DNA from: Gemmatimonadota bacterium
GTDB taxonomy: Bacteria > Gemmatimonadota > Gemmatimonadetes > Gemmatimonadales > GWC2-71-9
DNA length: 64,000 nt
Direction: 5' to 3'
NCBI GenBank assembly: GCA_031402225.1
Contig: JANNSD010000034.1
Span: 406-64,405, forward strand
Numbering within the stretch: the first letter of the stretch is position 1; each line of letters opens with the position of its first letter. The position numbers and the translations under genes were made by a program. This document shows positions 43,772-50,731 of this stretch, in pieces. The notes beneath the pieces are model-generated. The model saw only the letters and a program-made list of their open reading frames with translations. It was not told where the DNA came from and did not search any database.

Positions 43772-46700
43772 GGTGTTCCTCCGTTTCGGCAGGTGCCAGC
43801 TTGTGCCCAGGCCTCACCGAGCACCCGGTCCAGTGTCTCCAGCAGGTGGTCCACGTCGTCCGGCTCGATGGTGAGCGGGGGCCGGATCTTGAGGACGTTG
43901 TCCGCCGGCCCCTCGGTGCCGATGAGGATCCGTTCCTCGCGGAGCCGGTTCTTCACCTGGTCGGCGGCGCGGGTGGCCGGGGTGCGCGTGGCGCGATCGG
44001 TGACCAGGTCGACGCCGATGAAGAGCCCGATGCCGCGCACGTCGCCGACGAGTTCATGGCGCGACTGCAGGTGGCGCAGGCCCGCAAGCAGCCGGTCGCC
44101 GGTGACGCGCGCGTTCTGCTGCAGCCCCTCGTCATCTACAATACGGAGTACTTCGGTACCCACCCGGCAGGATAGGGTGCTTCCGCCGAAGGTGGAGAAG
44201 AACTCGATGCCGTTGTCGAACGCGTGCGCCACCTCAGCGGTCGTGACCACGGCGCCGAGCGGATGGCCGTTGCCGAGTGGCTTGCCGAGCACGACGATGT
44301 CGGGCCGGGCCGCTTGCTGCTCGAAGCCCCAGTAGAACTCGCCGAGTCGGCCGAGCCCGGTCTGCACCTCGTCGGCGATGCAGACACCGCCCGCTGCGCG
44401 GATGCGCGCGTACACCGCGTTGAGATATCCGGCGGGCGGGATGACCTGCCCGGCGACGCTGGGAAAGGTCTCGGCGATGAATCCGGCGAGCCGGCCGCCG
44501 CGCGCCCCGATCCGCTGCAGTGCCGTGTCCACCGCGCTCGCGTACCGCTCGGCGGCATCGGTGCCCCGGTACGCGCCGCGATAGGTGTCGGCCACCGGCA
44601 CGATCTGCACCCAGTCCGGGGCCCCGCCGCCGCCTGGGCGGTTGAACTTGTAGGCCGAGAGATCGATCGCGCCAGTGGTATTGCCGTGGTAGCCGTGGTC
44701 GGCCACGATCATGTCCTTGCCGCCGGTGCGCGTGCGGGCCAGGCGCAGCGCCAGCTCGTTGGCCTCGCTCCCCGAGTTCACGAAGAACACGTGCGTCAGG
44801 TGCGGCGGCAGCTTCGCCAGGAGCGCCGCGGCGAACTCCACCTGAGCGGGGTGGAGGTAGCGCGTGTTCGAGTTGAGCCGGAGGAGCTGGTCGGCTGCCA
44901 CGGCCTGCAGGCGCGGATGGGCGTGCCCCACATGCGGCACGTTGTTGTAGGCGTCGAGGTAGGGGTGCCCCCATTCGTCGAACAGGTGGGTTCGCCAGCC
45001 GCGCATGAAGAGGCAGGGCTCGGCGTAGCTGAGCCGCAGGTTGGTCGCGAAGTGGGCGCGCCGCATTGCACTGATCGCCCCGGTGTCGAGCGGGCGATAC
45101 GCGACGCGCGCATCGGGGAGGTTGAGCAGGGCGGCCGGGTTCGGGCAGATCGCCCGCCAGAGATCGGCATCATCGGGATCGGCCACGCCGGGCCAGTCGT
45201 GACCCAGGCCGTCGGTGATGAGTGCGAGCTGGAGATGCAGGTGCGGCGCCCAGCCGCCGTTCTCCTCCGGCGCGCCCAGCGCGGCGAAGGCATCACCGCG
45301 CGCGACCCGCTGGCCGGGTGCCAGTCGGGCGACCGACCCGCGCGAGAGGTGACCAAACAGCGTGCAGAACCGGTCTCCCGCGGGGGTGGTGTGCGCGAGG
45401 ATCACCATCCCGCCGTAGTCGAGCTGGCGATCGCGGTACTCCACGACTTCCACTACGCCATCGAGCGGGGCGCACACGGCCGTGCCGGCGGGCATGAAGA
45501 CGTCGATGCCGAGATGCACGGTGCGGCGATCGGAGCCGCGGTGCGGGCCCAGCCGAAATGCGGCGTCGGTGTAGATCAGGCGCGGTTCGCCGTAGAGGCC
45601 GAGCCAGGCGGTACCGGGCGCGAAGGCTGCGCCGACGTCCTGGGCCTCCGCGGCGGTCATCCGGAACGGATCGCGCGGGGTGGTAGAGGCGACGACCGAC
45701 AGCGCGCCGGTTGGTGCACCGTCGAGCGACGTGCCCAGCACCGGGGCGAAGCTGCCCCGAGACTGGTCGAGCCAGTGGCCTACCCGGGTCGCGGCCTCGC
45801 TGGCGGGCAGGCCACATGCCAAGCGCAGGCGCGCGGCCATGAGCGCGTCGGGGAACGCGTGCGCGCGCTCGAGGAACCGCCAGGCGGGCGCCTGGGAGAC
45901 CACCACGTAGGGGTCGTCGGGCCGCGCCTTCTGCATCATCGCCGAGTTGGTGACGCTCACGGCGAGACGGAGGAGAAGCAGCGGCCAGATCAGGTCAGCC
46001 TGCGCTTCGTTCAGCGGGGAGACGGCGTGGTAGCCGGCGACCAGTGCGGCGAGGGCGCGCTCGGGGGCGGGGTGGTCGAGGACGAGATAGGCACCGGTGA
46101 TTGCCAGCTCGGCGACCACCGGGCCGGCGATCACGTCGCCGAAATCGATGAGCCCGCTGATGCGTCGGGCGCCGTCTTCGTCGGTCGCGACCAGGATGTT
46201 GTGATCGTTGAGGTCGTTGTGGATCGGCGCCATCGGCTGGCGCATCAATGCGGGCCGCAGTTCGGTACCGCGGGCGAGGATCCGTTCGACGATGGCGCGC
46301 CGGGCGGGGTCGGCGATGTCGCCGCATTGCGAGCCGACCCAGTCGACGTTGCGCAGGTCCCACTTCAACTCGCGGGCGAGGCCGGGGTGCGCGAAACCGG
46401 CGAGGGCCTGATCCAGGCGAGCGATGTGGCCGCCGAGTTCGGTGATGAGGGCGAGCGACCGGGGCTGGACCGCTGCCCAGGTGGTGCCGTCGAGGCCGGC
46501 CAGCACCCAGGCGAGTCGTGACTCGCCATCGGCGTCGGGGCAGGCACGCCACGGCTCGCCGGCGCGCGTTGGCAGGACGCGCGGCGCGGGCACGGTCGGG
46601 TCGTGCCGGCCGATGTGCCGGTGGGCGGCCGTGAGCAGGTCGACGAATTCCGTGCTGCACCCCGCGCGCATCACCTTGAGCACGGCGCGCCGGCCATCGC

Positions 46701-46836
46701 GCGCCGTCGCGAGAAAGTTGAGGTCGAACTCGCCTGGGAGCGGGGAGAGTTCGGCCTCGATGCCCCAGGTGTCGGCGAGCGTGCGCGCCCAGTGCTGCAT
46801 GCTGCTGGTCATGGCGGTGGAATATGCCTGTTTCAC
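43768..46836 (-). CDS. Three-domain fusion: APH-like kinase, M23-like domain, and class-III PLP aminotransferase/phospho-lyase-like domain
   Basis: N-terminal: IHNDLNDHNILV and LIDFGD (APH catalytic loop). Middle: HLGIDVF...GGMVILAH...APHLHLQL (M23 HxxxD/HxH). C-terminal: NSGSEANELALRLAR, ADEVQTGLGRLG, VLGKPLGNGHPLGAV. Confidence 0.85.
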   Translation of the reverse strand: MKQAYSTAMTSSMQHWARTLADTWGIEAELSPLPGEFDLNFLATARDGRRAVLKVMRAGCSTEFVDLLTAAHRHIGRHDPTVPAPRVLPTRAGEPWRACPDADGESRLAWVLAGLDGTTWAAVQPRSLALITELGGHIARLDQALAGFAHPGLARELKWDLRNVDWVGSQCGDIADPARRAIVERILARGTELRPALMRQPMAPIHNDLNDHNILVATDEDGARRISGLIDFGDVIAGPVVAELAITGAYLVLDHPAPERALAALVAGYHAVSPLNEAQADLIWPLLLLRLAVSVTNSAMMQKARPDDPYVVVSQAPAWRFLERAHAFPDALMAARLRLACGLPASEAATRVGHWLDQSRGSFAPVLGTSLDGAPTGALSVVASTTPRDPFRMTAAEAQDVGAAFAPGTAWLGLYGEPRLIYTDAAFRLGPHRGSDRRTVHLGIDVFMPAGTAVCAPLDGVVEVVEYRDRQLDYGGMVILAHTTPAGDRFCTLFGHLSRGSVARLAPGQRVARGDAFAALGAPEENGGWAPHLHLQLALITDGLGHDWPGVADPDDADLWRAICPNPAALLNLPDARVAYRPLDTGAISAMRRAHFATNLRLSYAEPCLFMRGWRTHLFDEWGHPYLDAYNNVPHVGHAHPRLQAVAADQLLRLNSNTRYLHPAQVEFAAALLAKLPPHLTHVFFVNSGSEANELALRLARTRTGGKDMIVADHGYHGNTTGAIDLSAYKFNRPGGGGAPDWVQIVPVADTYRGAYRGTDAAERYASAVDTALQRIGARGGRLAGFIAETFPSVAGQVIPPAGYLNAVYARIRAAGGVCIADEVQTGLGRLGEFYWGFEQQAARPDIVVLGKPLGNGHPLGAVVTTAEVAHAFDNGIEFFSTFGGSTLSCRVGTEVLRIVDDEGLQQNARVTGDRLLAGLRHLQSRHELVGDVRGIGLFIGVDLVTDRATRTPATRAADQVKNRLREERILIGTEGPADNVLKIRPPLTIEPDDVDHLLETLDRVLGEAWAQAGTCRNGGTP

Positions 46837-46857
46837 TGCGGGAATGTCGTGAATCGG

Positions 46858-47499
46858 TCAGGACTTCCGCGCCACCACATGAAACATCTGCCAGTGCTTG
46901 GGCTTCCGCACCTCCGGCGTGCTATCCCGTTCTTCCTCGAGCATCATCTCGATTTCGAAGCCATGCACCAGTTCCAGCACCTCGTCGCGCGAATGGTGGG
47001 TGCGGCCCGGTAGCGAGGCCCAGGTATCGCGCTTCCCGAAGAACTGCCCGGCGAACCGGCCGCCCGGGCGGATCGCGGCGACGATGCGGCTCCAGAGCTG
47101 CGGAAAATGCCGCGGCGCGCAGAAGGGCAGTGAGAAGCTCGCGTTCACCAGGTCGCAGGGGGGGACCTCCGTTTCCGCGAAGTCCACCACCACGGTCGTC
47201 AATCGCGAGCGCAATGTTTCGGGCACGCGGGGCCACAGGTGGGCAAAGGCATCGGGGTGGCCATCGGTCGCCACCACCCGCCAGCCCTGCCGGAGCAGTT
47301 CCAGCGTATCGCGCCCCTCGCCGGCGGCGACATCGACCGCGAGCCCCCCGGTGAATCCCTCGCGGGCAAACGAATCGAGGGCGGCGACCAGCGTCTCGCG
47401 CGCGCCCTTCCCCAGCACGGCCCCGAAATACCCCGGCCAGTCCAGGACCTCGGCATAGTCCTGCGCCCTCAGCGGCGGCAGGTCGGGTCCGTCATTCAT
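46858..47499 (-). CDS. Class I SAM-dependent methyltransferase (TPMT/TehB-like)
   Basis: LAVDVAAGEGRDTLELLRQGWRVVATD, AIRPGGRFAG. Confidence 0.8.
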   Translation of the reverse strand: MNDGPDLPPLRAQDYAEVLDWPGYFGAVLGKGARETLVAALDSFAREGFTGGLAVDVAAGEGRDTLELLRQGWRVVATDGHPDAFAHLWPRVPETLRSRLTTVVVDFAETEVPPCDLVNASFSLPFCAPRHFPQLWSRIVAAIRPGGRFAGQFFGKRDTWASLPGRTHHSRDEVLELVHGFEIEMMLEEERDSTPEVRKPKHWQMFHVVARKS

Positions 47500-48308
47500 G
47501 CGTCGGCCCGGAGGTTGATCACCTCATCGCCCACCCGCAACACCTTGCCGTATTCGGCCGATGCCACCCGGGTGTTGATACCGAGATGGTAGAAGTGCCT
47601 GATCCGCCCGGGCACGCGTGCCCAGGAGGGATAGTGGGCCTGGCGCAGCTCACTGAAGCGTTTCTGGAACCCGGTCATCTCGACGCCACTCTGGGAGTGG
47701 CGCGCGGGAACGGCGCACCGGGGACAGGGATTGGTGCCCGCCATGTGCACGTCGCCGATGGTGAACGGCACGGCATCGGTTTCCTGTTCGCGGAAGAGTC
47801 GATCTTCCCAGAAGGCGCCGGTACCGCCGATTTCGAGGGAGGAACGAAAGCGCCGCCGCGATTCCTCCAGGTCGATTTCGGGAAACCAGTCAGCGACGGC
47901 CTGCAGCGTCGCCGTGGACACCACCAGCGGGCCATTGCGAATCGTGTCGTCCGGGTAGCCCTCGGCCGCGTGGCGCACGATCACCTGCTGTCCCAGGTAT
48001 TCGCTGAACCACTCCGCGGCCGCCGCAAAGTCGGAGGGGAACGCGAAGGTCTGTGCCGGGACGTGCCCGTGATCGCTGGCTGTGGACAGCGTAACCGCGC
48101 CGAGGTCGGGCGCGAACGCGGCCCGCACCAGGTGCATGGCGGCGGTGTTCTTGCCGTAGATGCCCTCGCCATCCGGCGAATGAAGCGCCCAGGCACGATC
48201 GAGCTCCAGGCCGCCACCGGGTCCGATGCGACACTCGGGCACCTGCACCCCGTCGAGCGACTTGATGGGGTGCAGGCGGATTCCGGCGAGATGGGGAGTG
48301 TCCTTCAC
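47496..48308 (-). CDS. MOSC domain protein (with N-terminal MOSC beta-barrel)
   Basis: IRLHPIKSLDGVQV N-terminal barrel; C-terminal TNPCPRC conserved-Cys region. Confidence 0.85.
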   Translation of the reverse strand: MKDTPHLAGIRLHPIKSLDGVQVPECRIGPGGGLELDRAWALHSPDGEGIYGKNTAAMHLVRAAFAPDLGAVTLSTASDHGHVPAQTFAFPSDFAAAAEWFSEYLGQQVIVRHAAEGYPDDTIRNGPLVVSTATLQAVADWFPEIDLEESRRRFRSSLEIGGTGAFWEDRLFREQETDAVPFTIGDVHMAGTNPCPRCAVPARHSQSGVEMTGFQKRFSELRQAHYPSWARVPGRIRHFYHLGINTRVASAEYGKVLRVGDEVINLRADA

Positions 48309-48321
48309 GTCTTCTCCGCGC

Positions 48322-49728
48322 TCAATACCCTGTCTTGTTCATGATGTCACGGCGGGTCGCCAGGGTCCTGCCCTGTAGCAGGCGCACGATCGCATCGGCC
48401 GTGGCCTCACCTGTCCGCACGGCACCGTCGAAGAACCCGGGCCAGCGATCGGCGATCTCCGAGCCAGCCCAGTGGATGCGCCCGACGGGGGCCGTGAGGG
48501 CCTCGCCGAAGCTCGTCCACACCCCGGGCGGCATGAAGGCGGCATAGCCGCCGCCGACCCAGGGTTCGGAGGGCCAGTCAACCTCATCGTAGGTGACTGG
48601 TGACAGCGCTTCCTTGCCAAAGTACAGCGCCAGGTCGGCGAGCACCGCATGGCGGCGGTCGGCGTTACCCATCGGCCTCCACTGCCGGTAGCGATCGCCT
48701 GCCACGAACGTCGCCATCACCCCGGCACCGGTCTCCGGGTCGGAGCTGTCGGCACAGAGCTCGATCCATCGGCCGTTCCCCAGTCCGATCCCGGCCAAGC
48801 CCTGCTCCCGCCAGAACGGCCGGTCGTAGGAGACCAGGACCTTGGCGCAGCAGCCCATCGGCATCCGCTGGGTCAGTTGTGCCCGCAGCGAGGGCATCGG
48901 CGGATGGTAGGTGATCCGGCCTGCAAGCGCGGGCGGCATGGCCAGCACGACAAACGTCGCGGCGTACGCGTCCCGGGTTGTTTCCACGTTGACGCCGGCG
49001 TGGTCCTGGGAAATCCGGGTGACCGGTTCACCGAGGCGCACCTGTCCGCCCAGCTCGGCCGCGATCATGCCGGGAAGCTGTCCCGCGCCTCCATGGATGA
49101 GCTCGGCTTCGGGATGTTCCGATTGCGCGGCGCAGTTCTGTCCCCACAGCACGTGCAGGAGCGAGAGCTGGTTCGGCTCCTCCGGACCGAGAAATCCTGC
49201 CGCCCGGGCCATGTACGAAAAGTACCAGCGTCCGAATGCGGTCCGGGTGTTGTCGCCGATCCACTGGGCGAAGGTCTGACTGTCCAGCAGCTGGTTGTGG
49301 TCGTTGCGCCTGGGGTGACCGGGCGGCAAGGCTTTGGAGAGCGCGTCGAAACGCGCCCAGGCACTTCTCGCGTCGTCCCATTCTTCCTGGCTGACGCCGG
49401 GAGGTTCCCCTTCGGCGAAGCCCTGAAAGAAGCCGTCGAACTCATGACGTTTTCCGTCGAACAGCAGCACCTTCTTCCCTTCACTCGGGGAAGGAAAGCG
49501 ACGAAGGCCGTACTCCTCGAGCAGGGCGAGGACGCGATCCTGGGTCGGGCCAACCCACTGTCCGCCCCGGTCAATCCATTGCCCTGATGGCAGGTGTTCG
49601 CCGTGCATGCGACCGCCGAGCCGTTCGTGGGCTTCCAGCACGAGCACGGTATATCCCGCCCTCTGGAGGTTGCGAGCGGTGACGAGTCCGGCCAATCCGG
49701 CGCCGACCACGATGCAGTCGGACGTCAC
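48322..49728 (-). CDS. Flavin monoamine oxidase family protein
   Basis: CIVVGAGLAGLVTARNLQRAGYTVLVLEAHERLGGRM, and C-terminal IHWAGSEIADRWPGFFDGAVRTG. Confidence 0.9.
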   Translation of the reverse strand: MTSDCIVVGAGLAGLVTARNLQRAGYTVLVLEAHERLGGRMHGEHLPSGQWIDRGGQWVGPTQDRVLALLEEYGLRRFPSPSEGKKVLLFDGKRHEFDGFFQGFAEGEPPGVSQEEWDDARSAWARFDALSKALPPGHPRRNDHNQLLDSQTFAQWIGDNTRTAFGRWYFSYMARAAGFLGPEEPNQLSLLHVLWGQNCAAQSEHPEAELIHGGAGQLPGMIAAELGGQVRLGEPVTRISQDHAGVNVETTRDAYAATFVVLAMPPALAGRITYHPPMPSLRAQLTQRMPMGCCAKVLVSYDRPFWREQGLAGIGLGNGRWIELCADSSDPETGAGVMATFVAGDRYRQWRPMGNADRRHAVLADLALYFGKEALSPVTYDEVDWPSEPWVGGGYAAFMPPGVWTSFGEALTAPVGRIHWAGSEIADRWPGFFDGAVRTGEATADAIVRLLQGRTLATRRDIMNKTGY

Positions 49729-50648
49729 GGTGGCAGGGAGGCGACGTAGGCGGCGACGGCGATCATGTCGTTGAGGTCGAGCTGCTCCGCGACTAGCCGC
49801 ATGGGCGCGCTTTCGGTTCCGGCCCGCGCGCCGTGCTTGAAGTCATAGAGCTGGCGCACGATATAGGTGGGTGAACGGCCGGCGATGCCCGGCGCGGGAT
49901 CGAGCCCTTGCAAGGCAGGGCCGTGGCAGGTGGCGCATGGCGCGACCCTGCCGCCGTTCCCGGTCGCGGCGATCGCGCTGCCCTTGGCGATGCTGCCGAC
50001 TGGTGCGTAGGCTAGGAACAGCGCCCGCGCGTCGCGACGCTCGAACTGCTCCAGGTCTTCCGGCACCTCCACGATGCGCTGCCCCGTCGGCTCCCACGCG
50101 CCGGTGGAGGTGGCCAGGAGCCACCCGGCGACATGGGTGCGGGGGACGCTGTCGCTCTCGATCACCGTGATCCGGGACGCGAGGTGCTGCGCGGCGAAGT
50201 AGCGCACCGCGATGGTGATCTCGGAATCGGTGGCGGCGCGCGCGATCGTCACCATCAGCGCGGTGGGCCGCCGGCGTGGCTCGGCGCCGGTGCGCGCGCC
50301 ACTCCGGAAGTCGGCGACCTGGCGGGTCATGTAGTCGGCGGTGAGTCCGGCGAGGCTCGCGTTCTCGGGACCACCGGCGCCATCAGCGCGGTGGCAGAGG
50401 CCGCAGGCGAAGACCTCGGGCTTCCGGCCCAGGGCCACGATCGCGGGCATGGGGGAATGCTCGGCGGGGTGCCAGTCGGGGGCGGCGAAGAAGTTGATCG
50501 GCTTCGGCGTCGCGTCGGCTGGCCGGACCGGGTAGGCCCAGTCGGGGGGGCCATCGCTCGGCGCGGGGGCCTGAGCCGCCAGTTCGGGCGACAGCGCCAG
50601 GGCCAGCAGCGTGAGGGCGGGTGTGAGGCGAGCCGGTGCGCTATTCAA
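49725..50648 (-). CDS. Di-heme c-type cytochrome (secreted)
   Basis: Two CxxCH motifs (CGLCH, CATCH). Signal peptide MNSAPARLTPALTLLALALSPELAAQA. TTG start at 50648. Confidence 0.85.
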   Translation of the reverse strand: MNSAPARLTPALTLLALALSPELAAQAPAPSDGPPDWAYPVRPADATPKPINFFAAPDWHPAEHSPMPAIVALGRKPEVFACGLCHRADGAGGPENASLAGLTADYMTRQVADFRSGARTGAEPRRRPTALMVTIARAATDSEITIAVRYFAAQHLASRITVIESDSVPRTHVAGWLLATSTGAWEPTGQRIVEVPEDLEQFERRDARALFLAYAPVGSIAKGSAIAATGNGGRVAPCATCHGPALQGLDPAPGIAGRSPTYIVRQLYDFKHGARAGTESAPMRLVAEQLDLNDMIAVAAYVASLPP

Positions 50649-50651
50649 GGC

Positions 50652-50676
50652 GATCCTTCGCTTCGCTCAGGATGAC
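50652..50676 (-). repeat. REP-like hairpin element type 1, copy a (GATCCTTCGCTTCGCTCAGGATGAC)
   Basis: Ends 4 nt upstream of the cytochrome c TTG start. ATCCT/AGGAT stem. On the mRNA strand its GAAGGA acts as the apparent SD. Confidence 0.85.
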
Positions 50677-50731
50677 AGGGTCGCTCAGGATGACAGGGTC
50701 GCTCAGGATGACAGGGTCGCTCAGGATGACA
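50664..50731 (-). repeat. 3.8 tandem copies of the 18-nt unit CGCTCAGGATGACAGGGT
   Basis: Fills the kinase-cytochrome c intergenic gap. The kinase stop codon (50721..50723) lies in the last copy. Confidence 0.9.

Noticed and set aside
42960-43817. Upstream part of track ORF 42426..43817 (463 aa)
   Set aside because: It overlaps the well-supported methyltransferase gene in another frame. Only the last 177 codons (DinB family) look real.
44224-46521. 765-aa plus-strand ORF
   Set aside because: It is antisense to the APH/M23/aminotransferase fusion, which carries clear catalytic motifs on the minus strand.
50664-50731. Possible CRISPR array (also 61530..61572 and 38477..38540)
   Set aside because: The units are contiguous, with no unique spacers between them. 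Unit lengths are 18, 18 and 7 nt, and there are no cas genes nearby. These are simple tandem repeats.
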